64,000 nt of DNA from Tubulanus polymorphus (Eukaryota; Animalia; Nemertea): the NCBI RefSeq assembly GCF_964204645.1, contig NC_134031.1, forward strand, positions 5,208,001 to 5,272,000. The letters run 5' to 3'. The position numbers were made by a program, and so were the translations under genes. The notes under the pieces are model-generated. The model saw only the letters and a program-made list of their open reading frames with translations. It made no database searches and was not told the origin of the DNA. Positions 36,251 through 49,882 of this stretch are shown here, piece after piece. The stretch's first letter is position 1; the number at the start of each line of letters is the position of its first letter.

Positions 36251-38992
36251 ACTATTAACAAAAAAGCTACAATGATCTACAGTAGACTCTACCTTGTATC
36301 ATTGTAAGGAACTTAAAATTTCAGTTTTAGAATTGCGAACTGGTGGTTTTTCGGAGGAATTCCTTATATAAATAGTTTATCAAACTTTTGTTTTTCCACG
36401 ATTTTAAACATTGAATCAGCAGCGCAGCGGGATCTGTATCAAGGCACTCGTTCATACAACATTTCCCGCGAAATAATATGAGGTCCCGGTGGAGATGCCG
36501 CTCGTCCATGAGTGTCTGAATCGAGATCATTCTTCATTAAATTTGCGACATTACGACGAGGCTTATTAATGTACGAACCATTTCTGGAATGGTTTCATCC
36601 ACATTTCACTAATCAAACAAGGCAAATATCGGGAGAATTTAATAATTTCGCAGAATAGAGTTCTGTAAGCTGAATGTAGCTGGAAAAAACCATTCGGAAT
36701 CGTTCCAGTTTGAAACGTTTTTTGGCACCATTGGTTTGAAATACATTGAAAAATTATTTGAATGGCTTTTTCTATCGATAACAACAAGTTCCCGCTGATA
36801 GAAATTGGTACGAACAGAATATGTTTCGAAAAATTAATCACCAAATCGAGTGTGAAAAGTTTTTAATTTCCGCTGATTTTTAAATTTCGTTTAATGCTCC
36901 ATCGTCTAATCTAACGATGACATTTTGCGGTGACACTAGCGCGTGCTATCGAAACGGTCGCGTTTCGGTCGTAGATCTGGGTTTTAACAATTGCACTGTT
37001 TGCGTTCATCGTTTCGTTTTGCAGTGATTAATGTTGATTTACTGGGGTTTACCGCAGAGCGACGCGGATTCATTTTATTGACAATGCAATTGATCTATGT
37101 CGGTATTTATAATAAACAGTTCGCTTTAGATACGGCCTATATACACGGTGAATCACTGCGCGCTAGGCTATCGAATCGACGGACTATTTCGTCTTAGTCG
37201 ATTTGTGTGTATGCCCTAGGCCCATGGGCACAATCACAACTTTCAATGGGACTAAAATCGAGAAACAACGCTTAGGCTTATAAAGAAAATAGAGAAAACA
37301 CGCTTATAGGCTTAACCACGTTATTCGTTCCCGATTTGTAAACGTATGGGATTCAAGCCATGTTTGAGGGGTGCATGGGTCTTCTTTGGAGAAAAAAATT
37401 ATGTATTCTATGCATTTTCTTAATCATATATAATGGAAGATAAACTTGAACTTTAACCCTTAGGAGCCATCAACGTATTTATTACAGATTATACCAAAGG
37501 TAAACCTTTCCTCAAAGGGGTATAACGCGTCACGATCCGGATTCACTGTCATGACTTCATGGCTCCATAGTGATGGTGTTCTATATAGTTTACCATCTCA
37601 GCTTATATACAAGCCAATCTGAACACTAAGACCGGTGCATTTTGGACTAGTATTGACTATGAAACAGGTCCCGGCCAAAGATTCCGCACATAAATCTATC
37701 AGTCGAAACCTTTCTTTGTTTTTATCATAGTTCGAATTCTACTTTTAGAAACAAACAACGCAACTGACAAGACACGCACATAGTTTTTAATTTAAAGCTA
37801 TATTCAACCAACAGTTTGCTTGAAGAAAGATCCGAGTCATTTCCGTGTGCAGCAGTCGACTGGTCTCGGATCCACAGCCGTTTGTACGATTCAACTTTTG
37901 AAATATTTCAAACTATTCATACGGTTTTTCAATAAACTCTATCTCGGGTGTCATTTCATCCAAAACTGTAGAACTGGATTCCCTAGAAACAACGCGAGAA
38001 ACGAAAAACAACTCCCCCGCGTTGACTTTTTCACACTGTCGCGTTGGTGTTTTATTAACTCAGCTTTACTTACATATACATATACATCTTCGTTGACGTT
38101 AATGAATTTCACATGTTTTTGTCAATTCCGTTTGTTCGGCTCTTGACACCTTCGGGCTGTTCGTTAAGACGGACGCTTACCGCTGTAATTGGTAGTCGCC
38201 GTCTGCGATAATTCTCTCTTTTTGATCTGCGTTACATGTCGACTAGTCCCCGCCACCTCCGCACACTGTCACATCACGTATCGAATTCTCTATCCGCACA
38301 TTTCATGATATCACCACTGACGTTTCGTTTTCGCCATTAATTATGGCTATTTTCGCGAAGCGTGCATTTGGCGTGCGATCCCCTTTATCTATATTATTTT
38401 GATAATCGGCGAGGGTGTTTGGGATAATGATATTTTGTCGTGATACGTTAGCGCTCGGAGAACTGAAGTTCGAGCTCAATGCTTTATCGCTATAGAAATC
38501 CTCGCGTTTCGGCAAGCCAATACATACGTCTCTAGCCACCGCGTTCGCACTTTCCCGCTTGGGTCCGTTCTGATTTGGCCCCGTATAACTTAAACGGACC
38601 AATCGGACGACAGTGATGCTGTTTATACGCACATGGTTGTAATCATTAATCCAGCTAGACCTACCTGACGGTCCCGGATCGGTCTCTTTGGTCGGTCTAT
38701 AAATGGTCAAAATTAAAAATTTAGTGACTGTTAACACTTTGTCCGACCTAAATTGGAACGGATTAAATCAGAACGTTCCGAATAATTAACGTGTGTGAAC
38801 GCTTGAAATAAAAAAAAAACGGTTGCTACTTAATCCCCATATGCCATCATCTAATTTTCTACAAGCGATTTGGTCTTTTCATCCATGTTTAGAGTCACTA
38901 GGATATTTTCATGACGTCATATAGGGATTAAAGAGGCAACCGTCTTGACTGCAATTAACTGATATATCTGGTATCTCAGTGTAGAGTTCACA

Positions 38993-39077
38993 AATAAAAA
39001 CCCACAGTTAGATATGTAAAAACAGTTTATTTTCATTACAGTTTCGAGGCTTTAACTAAGCCTCATCATCAACACTG
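38993..39077 (-). mobile_element. Penelope-like terminal repeat with variant hammerhead motif
   Basis: Minus strand TTGATGA-T-GAGGCTT(AGTTA)AAGCCTC-GAAAC, followed by the family GTGGGTTTTTA tail. Confidence 0.5.
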
Positions 39078-42000
39078 TTTTTTTTTTGACGGGTCTAATA
39101 CTCTAGTTGGCAATGTCGATATCGTCGAAAAAAGAGTTTTGTTTTTGTAAAGGACTAGCAAGCGCTCTTCACTCAATTGTGTGGTTTTAAATATTCATGG
39201 CTTGGACGAACGGAGCATACAAAGCGACTGGATCGGATAAACGAGAAATCCCCTGACTACCATTGACAAGAAAATCCAGCGTCCTCCTTCCGCGCATTCG
39301 ATTCGACGTGAACCGATATTGCGCCTATTCAAATTGTAATCGGATATCTTAAGTGCTTTCGACAATCGTCGTTGAGGCAACAGTATAAGCTAATCTTCCC
39401 TGACATTAAAAATTCAGTTGAATTTCAACGAACGCTATAACACGCTAGAAGACGTGTCTGACTCGAATGATGGGGTTTATCTATAGAAATTGTTTAAGTA
39501 TCACGTTTAAGCCACGTAAATATTGAACGACTCTCTTTAATTATGATAAGCCTAAAACAACATTATGACGTGTTCGATAGTATGAGCTAGGACATATAAA
39601 CTTGTCCAATCTCTGAAAAAAGCAGTTACTAGTCCACGCGAAGGAATGTTGTCGGAATGTAGGAATCGTCCGTTCCGCCATAGGGCGTGATAGGGAGCAT
39701 GTGTTTAGAAAACCCCATCCTCATGGCTTGTTGATAATCTTAAGCCGGGCTCAGATCGACCTTACGACGCGACTCAACTGTCGGCGACTATCGTAGATTG
39801 CACTCAGATCGAATTCAGCGATAATCGGCGACCAGTTGCTATTGATATATTATTACAATGTACGTTGGCTGCAGTGGAAAAGACTCGGTGGGGACTAAAA
39901 AATGGAAAATTGTTCATCGGACGGTATTTGTGACGAAAGACTGAGGACCACGCGCTGGCGCCATCTACCTCCAGGCGTAAAGCGGGGTTGGTTGGCTACA
40001 ACCCTTCTCTTTTGTCTCTCTCAACAAATTAACATCTCAATAGGTAGACATATTGATTGTACGATCCTGTTTTTTTTCCGAGGATTTAAAATCCAAATAT
40101 AGATTTCAATTGCAATCATATCTTGCTCGTGTAGTTATACAATCATGCGATAGTCAGTATTCAGTCGGCGATGAAATACCACCGATATCGTTCTTCAGTT
40201 AATGTAAACATTCATTCGTCATTCGTCGGCGGTTGTTTCTGGGTAAATGAATTTTGAAACGCCGGCGTATAAATCTTCGCGTGGGCGTGCTGAATGTAAA
40301 AATCCGTGCGCGGAATGAGTCCGCTTTTAGAGACCGTCGACAAGCTGAAGTAGACTTCTTCGTCAACACCAGACTAGCAACAGAATTCCCGATTCTGATC
40401 GATGATAACACTGATTAACGGCAATATTCAGAGAGCTATCAGAGGCGCGATTATGGAATCTCGACCCGACGATGATATTTCATATATACTTCCATATACA
40501 TTCGGTATAGAGTTTCTGCACGAAGATTGATGACGCTCCTTGATTTATAACTCGCTGATGAATATTCGTCTAAATAATTAACTTCGTTCGTATCGCGGCA
40601 GCTGCCTTTTATTCCATTAGAGGAAGATATTCTCTCATTGATTTAGCTTTGTGTCACCACAGCCCTCTCCCTTTTGGTTGGCATCAATCAACTCCTTCAA
40701 ATGTTCGAGATTTTATTACAGTTCTTCCCGATATAGATCACCGGAAGTTTCACACGCAGCCAGGCCTTGACCTTGACAATGCACTAGCAAAAGGAGTATC
40801 GAAAAAGAACTAACATCGAAGTTTATTGAAGCCTTTAAGAATAAAAAATTATGAAATTACTCTCGACGATTTTATAACAGAAAACATGACATAAAATAAA
40901 CATTTCAACTCTTTTCATCGTGTTTAACTATTAAAAGCTGTTTGCCAGACGAGATGTTGACAAGACTATCAACGAAATATCAATCATGTCAATTCATGAA
41001 TCCAGGTGTTCTGCGAGATATTGCCAATTGGTTACCCCATTCAAGTTAGATAAGAGATCAATCGAGTCTGCACTGCTCAATGATCGAATAATATAGTTAC
41101 CGAATACCCATCGATTGTTTTTTAACACCGCGATAAATTGCATGCTCCAGCGCCGTCCACAGACGATAACTGTCTCTTAAATCTCGTATAACATTGGTAA
41201 TAGATTCGAGAGTGAAATTTAAGCTTTCCAACATTCAACGTTTAAACTTTTGTCGTTATGGTTCGAAAGAATCTTCATCATCGATCCACATAAGTTTTGG
41301 CCCACACTTTTCGAGTCACATTAATATATGCTGGCTGATACGAACCATATTATGAAAAACATTATACCCAATATTATACACATGAGGCCATTTTTTTAAT
41401 AGCTCGGTTTTCGGGGTAGACCTATTAAAATATCATGTCGGCGGAGGAAATAAAAATCTTTAAAAAATTCCCTTAGTGAGATAATATAACTTTTTGAAGG
41501 AAGAGGGAACTGTCGATAGGGCAATATACATATGTCCAAACAAATGATTCTTGGAAAGTTCGAATTTTGCTCATTGTGATCAAAAAAGAACCTTGCATTT
41601 TTCAACTTTTTCATCATTCAAGCCAGGATTCTCATTCGGCGGAGGTGAGAAAATTTGTTGGCTCATTTTTTCGCTGAATTTGTTCCACAGGCGGGAAGAA
41701 AAAAAGAAATTCTTTTGGTGATCTTTCTTCAAATTTCGGGAGGCGGTTCCCGTAAACCAACTGTTAAAAACAAGGCTAATATATGTCAACAATATTACAC
41801 AGCATAATATGTGTGTTATTTCTCAAGGCGTAATTAAACATTCAAGTTAGTTTTCTTGTTTATTTACTCTTCGTTTTAAAATCAACACGTAAAAACCAAC
41901 TTTTCGTATTTACGTTACTTCGGGCTATCTAAAATAAAAACAAAATCTCAACCAATTTTTACATGACGAAAAGTTGGTTTTAAAGCGGTGCTTAAACGAA

Positions 42001-45000
42001 TAGGAAAAAAATCAAAAAGGAACGGTTGAGATTGAGTGTCATATATTTTTTCTGAGATGGCTCGAATCAGTCACTCTACAGTACGTAGCTATACTGTACG
42101 CCATCATAACTGATCGAGCATCGTCTGCAAGAAGCGATGTCAGGTTTAGCGTAAATATCCAGCTCCGGTTTTTAGTGATCCCCCGAGAGGCATCAACCGC
42201 CATAAGACGGAATCTGGGGACACCGTTTCAGCTGTCGTCTGATGTCTGATTACGTCAATGAAATGGTTATCTTGAGTACGCAACGAGAATGATCGACGTC
42301 AATAGATCTAATTCAGAGACTGAATTTTTTCAAAATGGTAAAGAAGATAGCTGGAATTTACAGAAAACAGTTTAAATTCTGTTTCAATGTGATAGTCTGA
42401 TATGAGTTGTTTATACCCAAAAAGTCTTCATTTATGTATGAGACATCTATAATGGATGGAACAATTAAATTAAGAAATTTTTCTTATTTCTTCGTATTGA
42501 CTTTTTTTACATAGTTGGTTTTGTACAGTAAAGAATGAAATATAAAACGTATAAAATATGAAAAATTTCGCGACAGTATTCAAATGGCAGGAGACTATAT
42601 ACAGCTGATATACGTATCAGACATGTATCCTCGTAGCCGAGGTAATGTTTTGTTACGATGGTTTTCTTTTGCTGAGCCAAATAAACCGAGGTTATAAGCC
42701 ATCAGGGGTGAGGACATTACGATGTTGAATTCGTTGCAAGGGGTTGTATATCAAAATCTTTAATTAGTCCACCTCAGTGGTTAACGTCGAATGATCAAGT
42801 GGAATTCGTCTTCGTTTACATTTACAAGTCTATATTTTCATACGGATTTTCTGGATAGTCTTTCTAGGATTTGATGACCCAATCTTCCAAGATCCTCTCT
42901 AGTACTACAGCGCGAGGGTGCAAAATAGCTTCGAGCTGAACACAAAACTTATCATTCATACCGTCTCATTTAGAACCCTTTACTGTGTCATTTCGAACCT
43001 CTCTTTCGAAAATTCTCGAGAAAAGCGCCAGCGCGTTCATTTTTAACACATCATTGCCATTTTATTGGTCCATGTAGTCGAGCGTCCCCGCGCGCTTCTT
43101 TATTGAGTCCGTTGTTTATACGGAACGAGTTTGTCTCTCCAAAGGACGCAATGTTTGGTCAAGCGAAATAATTTCATTTTTACAGCAGCGACCTCCGCAT
43201 CTGCCTTGCGGTGGCGGAATGCTATTACTTCTGGGCGGTTTGCCACGTCGCGCGCGCGGTCTTAATACGATAACGACATACTGCAATCGGATTATTTTCT
43301 GACGCGATAGAGGTTTCGCGACTCGGACGCGGAATCGTGTGGGCTGTCGAAATGAAAATAAAACATGCGTAAACGTTAATTATCGGATTTGGTACGGTTT
43401 CCTGCCGAGAGGAAATTAGATCGGTGGCAACTTAAGCGGGGTACGAACCCAAGTTAAAATCAGCGATGAAACACGAGCTAATTATTTCGCTATATATGTC
43501 GACGACTGATGGCGACCGCTTGCGACACGATCGGTTACATCTGGGCGCCTAAGCCCAACGCCCACGACGGACGGGAAACACGAACCACCTGTTTGATTCG
43601 CTGTTTCCATGTTTCTCTGCGTTGTGGGCGTTTGGTTTTAGGTTGACTGCGACGCGACCGACAGTGTGCGACTACTAGGTTTGCCAGTACTACAAGTCTG
43701 TCAGGTCTGCGGCTTATTCCGACTCTGGCTGATGGCAGAGACGGTCGCGCTGCATCAAAGTATATACATGGCTCGCAGTCGCGAGGACCATAGGTCTACG
43801 TGTCTCAGCAACGCTGGGAATCGAGTCGCTGACTGTCACAAGGCCGACCTACGTCCGCCTCTATATTTCCTATTAACTGTTGACTAGAGTAAAGGATAAA
43901 ACTCTTAGTGGAAATAGTCGATGTGTATTTTGGTCGTCGAAATACGAGCTTTTTCTCGAAATGCTCCACCGTCGTATTTGTGAGGCAAAACGCAGGAATC
44001 TCTAGAGCAAGAAACTATATCAGTGCTCTTAGTAGATCGAGTGTAAATTTGCGCAAACTCTCTTGTGTGATAACGCGTCAAGCGACGCTTGTTTTGTTCG
44101 ATGAAAAATGAACGGCATTTAGGCGATGCAGTCACGTTCGCAGCGACTAATAATCAAGCAGGCGCGCGTATACGCTGCAAGGCGATTACAGACTCGAGTT
44201 AAAGCCTACATACATCGGTAGCTTTCTGCCTGCAATTAAGCACGTTCAAATTATCGCCGTTTTGATCAGCTCGCAGAAAAAACAGGTCAATAATTCAACT
44301 TAAAGCTTTTATCACACGTCGTATAGTCAGCACTATATTCCATTATAGTATACTTGTTCGGTTCGTTTATTCATTGCCATTGAAAATAGTAGATTTCAAG
44401 GATATATCTACAATGCGATTTTTTTTATGTCGAGTTGTTAATTCACGGTATTAAGAAGCTGATATTGAAATAACAGACCTATACGCCTTTACATAAATTT
44501 ACATTAATAGGGAACCTAAACGCCGCATTTTTCGATAATTTTGATTTCAGCTTTCGTGGTTTTCGCGTCTGAGTTCCATCACATTCTAATAAGTGTTTAT
44601 GTACTTCAACCTTGTAATATCGCAAAAATCGTTCATTCCATTTTGTGTGTATGAATCCAGTTTCGTCTCATTTCTAATCTTGCTTAAAAATGTCTTCACA
44701 TGCTGAATTTAGATATCGCAGTGAAAATACACGATGATTGAAGGGTTGTAGGTAAAGATCAGGGTAAAAATCCCCTAGGTTCGTCGTAACCCCCTTTACC
44801 CACCCATCCCCTCCCTCCCCCCAATGATATGGGCCTGATCCGGATGCCGCTAAACCAGAATTTCGTAGTAGCATTAATTCGCAAATAATACATTATAACG
44901 TCAAAGTGTCTCGGGCCTGCGTCTAAACTAGTAGTATACTCATAGTTAATTATACCGGCGCTGATGCACAAGGCAATTAATGGCTAGCTGCTGAATAATG

Positions 45001-45327
45001 CATGGTACCCATTCTCTGAACGAGCGCTCGTCATATTAGCGCCTGTGAATAATATCATCAACGCAACACCGACCGAATAATCGGCTGTTCCTTCCCCGCT
45101 TCTTCATCTCCTCTGTTCTGTTTTTTATATATAAAGGATTAGGCGGGACAATGCCCCCAAGGCAATTATCGATGTTTTTTTGGTGTAGATTGCATGTCGA
45201 ATATAGTCTGTCGGCCGAGGCACTGATATAGATAGATATTGTTTGATGCCGCAAAAACCGTTACGATAATGTTTATATACATTGATACATTATAGATGCG
45301 TTATTTAAGCGGTTCTGAGTGAGACGA

Positions 45328-45653
45328 TGTGCACTACGTCATCAATATTGGCGTTTCAAATAATTATTACAATTGTGAATTTTGGCGTTTATTATCTAAT
45401 TGTATATATTCCACAAGTCTTATCTTATTTTTGATAAATTTTCATACTCATCTTTTAGAGAATGTGCACTACGTCATCAGTATATCAAGGCTAGACTGGT
45501 TGTCGTACAATTCAATTATTGATATATTCAAATCTGCAAAATAACTGGTCCTTAGTATTATATAATTTATATTATATAATAAGTCAATGATATTAAGCAA
45601 TATATGCGCCATTTTTCAAGGCGTCAATAACCTTTCAAGTTAGCTTTCTTGTT
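45328..45653 (+). repeat. Dispersed repeat (second copy at about 3950-4225, in the LDLa gene intron)
   Basis: Both copies share GTGCA(C/T)TACGTCATCA and the terminal TTTTTCAAGG(C/T)GTCAATA..CTTTCAAGTT..TTTCTTGTT. Confidence 0.6.
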
Positions 45654-48105
45654 ATAATGGATAGCACATGATCGTGGTGATAAAAATCAAACAGCTTTTA
45701 CATATATCGTATGACTTTTCAAGCCTGGGATTTTTTTTAAATATATATACATATATACATCGAGACTGTGAATATTATTCCGTATATTATATGCATCGGT
45801 TCGCGGGATGATTTGCTTAACACCCGCCTCTCGTCCATCGAATCGCATTCTCTCTCGCCCGCGATGAGCCTAAATATTTGATGAGTTGACACGTATCTCG
45901 CGAGCGGCGCCCGACGCCGAAAACGATATATCTAACTAATACATTTCTATACTGAACATGTCACAAAACCGATATATTTATATTCGTTCGAGACGAACTT
46001 CGACAGAGTAACTTTACATCGTAGACAAGGCGTGAATGAATCAAATTCCGACAGACGAATCATCGGCGCTATTTGGACTATGAATCCGCGATGTTACCGA
46101 TAAAGGTCGACCGCCGATCACGCAACTATATCTGTACTTCGATTTCCGATTTCAAAATCAAACCCCCTGTTTTGCTCCCGGAAGGTGTGGTGGGTCTGTA
46201 AGGGACACTCAATCAGAAAATCAAAACGAAATTTACCAACCTAATTCCTAATTCCTCGCATAATCTATTGCTACAATGATTGATTGTTATTATATCATAT
46301 TTTCATACTGTATCGTATTGCATAATTACATATCTTTGTATCAATCTATTATGCAAAATAAACTTAACTTAACAGGGACAATCCCTATTTTAAGATAAAA
46401 AAGTACGTCAATGATGTTAAGTTATTTTAGGACGCTTTCCTGACGGCTGTTATCATAAGCTGATATAACGCGCGTTTATTTTTCGTGACAGCGAAGCCTT
46501 ATAAGTGTTTTCTTCCTGCACCGGAGATTAAACGGGATATCGCGTTCGCCGGTCAAACATCCGGGTCGCGGCGTATCGAAGATAGTGGCAAGTAGCACAA
46601 GAATCCAGTGTCGCCTCAGATCATGGATGTATGAATCTAGATTTATAATCTGAATTTATACGTCCATGCTCGGATAGACTTTGTCTTCCCGCTTGCCTCG
46701 GTCCTCATTTTGTCAACTATTATTCACCTGTCTCATTAATCTCATCAGTCCCAATTGCATGATCGAATGATTATTTGAAACGCGACAACGTTGATCGTTT
46801 CCGATAGAGCTAGTAGCATATTTTTCTTGACTAATCGTTTTAGAATCCATAATATTGATGACTATGAATATTAATTCTACGTATATTGCGTGTTCACGCT
46901 TCGAAAGCCGTGAGCATACGAGCGTTTTTTTGACCAGGTTCGAATTAGGCGTATGATAGATTAGTCCCGAGCAAACCGTTCACACTGGTGCCAATGGGTC
47001 CATCCATGCCTGGTTGACAAATTTTAGCACGGGTCAAATTATCCCGGTTGAATGCTAACTGGTTCTAGAAGTGACTCACCTCGCTTTTGCTACTTCGTCG
47101 TTTTGATGGCACCAAGGGAGTGATTTACTTGTGAACGCGCTCTCGAATTAGGCACGGGCCATACTCTGATCTGGTCGGGGCCAGATTGACCCGGGCCAAA
47201 TCGTCACCGTGTGAAGGTGATAGGTTTTTGTATTTTGATACCTAAAGTCTTTCTTATTTCGCGATAGTCGAATGCAATCAGTTCACAAGGGAATACGAAA
47301 AAATACTTAACCCAATATTCCGATAGGGATTGATGGTATCCGTAGTAAAGTGACAGTTTGTAATCATTAAAATTAGTAGTGACGTTTCAATTCTATTCTA
47401 TGAGGCATCTTCAAAACTCAAGGCTCGTAGTTACTCGAAACCCACTACTCTCTAATTTTTCTTCGTAATTGTGGGTTTTTCTTCAAGATAAACATTGATA
47501 GATGCGACGGCTTGAGCAGACGAACGAACGAACGGATGTTGTTATCGGAAAATACGACGAATTCGACTTAATTACGTCGCTACTTCCGACGGTAAATTGA
47601 CGCTGCGTTTTAGACACTATGAAGATAGAGCGAGAGGAAGATCTCAGAATGCGGAATAAATCCGTCTGCGGTTAGATTAGCAACGCTGATATATCACGTG
47701 ATATCGTTAGCGCCGTAGCGACTAAAAAACCGGAGGCGGTTTCTTTAGATGTAGAATATAATCCGCATTCGTATCTACTTCCGGGGAGTGCGTCGGCGCT
47801 ACTGGTGTCTAAAATACTTGAACTTTTTTAACGGTGGATTTTTATTCCGGCCTCGATTCAAACCAGTGGGGGCTAGTTCCTGGTCGCATAGGTGGTAAAT
47901 GCCATTCCAAACCAAACTGATAAAACTGGACCAACTTCTAAAGTTGTATAGGTTGAATCTGAAGGAGTTGTGAGTTTCGGATTAGTTCATTTCAAATCGG
48001 TAATTCTTGTCGAACTAGAACCGCGGATAATATCAACCCGTCGAGTCAGTAAAATACTGATAGCATTTTAAAATCGACCAACATTTCAAATCTAGATTCA
48101 AACGT

Positions 48106-48292
48106 AAAGCCCAACGCAGACGAGGCGGGAAAACAAGGAAACAGGAAACAGAAACGTGTTTCTGAGCGTTTCCACGTGCCGTGTACGTTTACGAGAAACG
48201 AGGTTCAGGGAAACTATGCTTCCGAGATGAAACATATTTGATTCCGTGTTTCTGTGTTTCCGTGTTTCTCAGCGTCGTGTGCGTTGGGCTTA
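48106..48292. mobile_element. MITE family with AAGCCCAACGCA TIRs and internal GGAAAC/GTTTCC repeats
   Basis: AAAGCCCAACGCAGACGA ... TCGTGTGCGTTGGGCTT. Other copies lie at about 5033-5212, 28621-28755 and 43551-43640. Confidence 0.75.
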
Positions 48293-49282
48293 ACTGAAAC
48301 CGCCGATGCAGTTACTTTAGTACCCGCATACGTACGAATTGTCAAATTGCACTGATCCCGGCTTAGGCTTACACTGCTAACTCTAATTTCAATAACATAC
48401 ACATTTATATGTTTAATCCGGAATCTAATTGAGGACATTATACCTTATGAATAATGCACAACATGTACAGAAAATGCAATATACACGAGTCGAGCAATCT
48501 TCTAAATGCGACAGTTACTGATATCGTCTATCTTTATCGTAAAATACTGTGTGCTTTTGCGTTGAACCAACCTCACCTACCGTAGCTATTTATTATTCCA
48601 GCATCTTCGTATGCCTTCGATCAATATCAATAGCATCAAATACTTATCGATAGGAACCATATTGTTTGAATTCAACTCGCTAGCCGGTTTTCCGGCGTCG
48701 GTTTCGTCGTCTAACCGCGGCGAAACCTTACGCAAATATCGCCTTACCTTACGATCCTGATAATTCCTACATTTTACGTAAACATTCCTGAATTTCAGTG
48801 TCGCCTATTCGCGGACATGTGTCGGCTTTCAGTGCGGCAACGATGAACGGTTGACTCGCATTCCTTGAGTGGCTGGCGCGCGTACTGCTGCAACGTCGGC
48901 GCTGTGTCGTGTAGTATCGCCACTGTTGAGGCTGGTGAAACAAAGCTACTGCGGCTTATCAATTCACCGATTGATATAGAAACCAGAACAAATAACACGA
49001 GTTCAATTATATATATTTCATCGTAATGATAACGATTTCCTGGATTAATCGTTAGATCCAGTATATATTTAGAATTAGAAATCTCAACTGTCGGCGGTGA
49101 AGGCCTAAGACATTTGATAAATGTCTTTGATTTAATAATAATAATGATAATAATAATATTAATGATAATAGTAATAATAATAAATCGTCACTTAAAAAGT
49201 GCAAGGCTCCTTTTAAAATCTCAAACGAATTTCTTTATCAGAAATCTAGATACGTACATTATATGAGAGTATCATTAATAAA

Positions 49283-49362
49283 GTAAAAACCCACCATAAA
49301 ATTTTTTAAAAATCTGACGTTTCGGGACTCAATCCTATGAGTCATTTTCAAACGTCAGATTC
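49283..49362 (-). mobile_element. Penelope-like terminal repeat with decayed hammerhead motif
   Basis: Minus strand TTGAAAA-T-GACTCA(TAGGAT)TGAGTC-CC-GAAACGTC ... GTGGGTTTTTA. A similarly decayed copy lies at about 47341-47418. Confidence 0.45.
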
Positions 49363-49871
49363 TTAATTCCCCCTAAAACTTTGGGGGTTCTCTAGAATTC
49401 CATCCGCCCAAAAATTCTGGAATGGATATTTTCTGAAGAAAAATCATGAATTGAATAACTTGAATAATTGAAGAAAAAATTGGTATGGCGAGTAGCTGTC
49501 TTACCATGGAGTTCTAGAATGTGGGCAATAATCATTGCGCTAATCAGGAATAAGTTTTTCCTGAGTAGCAACCCCTCCTGAAAAAGTAGCACGGGACCCG
49601 ATATACAAAATAACAGGAATAAAATACCATTGTAACATTGCATTCTACTTGGCTCTATGTCAACTATCCAGCAGTTACGTCTGACCAACTTGAATGATAT
49701 TGGAATTGATAATAAGGGGACAAATATGCGACGCTATTTCTTACGGGTGATTAGTTCATTCTCCGTTTATCCCCGACTCCCTTCCCAAACAAATTATGGG
49801 ATTCGAACTAGGCTATGGAATTACGATGATCCTGCGCTGCATCTCAATGAGACTCTACCTGTTAATAGTTT

Positions 49872-49882
49872 CAAAATGGCGG
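49872..49882 (+). promoter_or_regulatory. YY1-type motif overlapping the TBC1D13 start codon
   Basis: CAAAATGGCGG matches the YY1 consensus, which often coincides with ATG in housekeeping genes. Confidence 0.4.

Noticed and set aside
34982-37671. Inverted repeats of about 80 bp, 2.7 kb apart, suggesting a composite transposon
   Set aside because: Both are partial copies of the short MITE also seen at 26461-26590. No transposase or evident TSD is present.
38303-38737. 144-aa minus-strand ORF
   Set aside because: No ATG start or recognisable domain, and it overlaps GGTCC/GGACC repeat-derived sequence.
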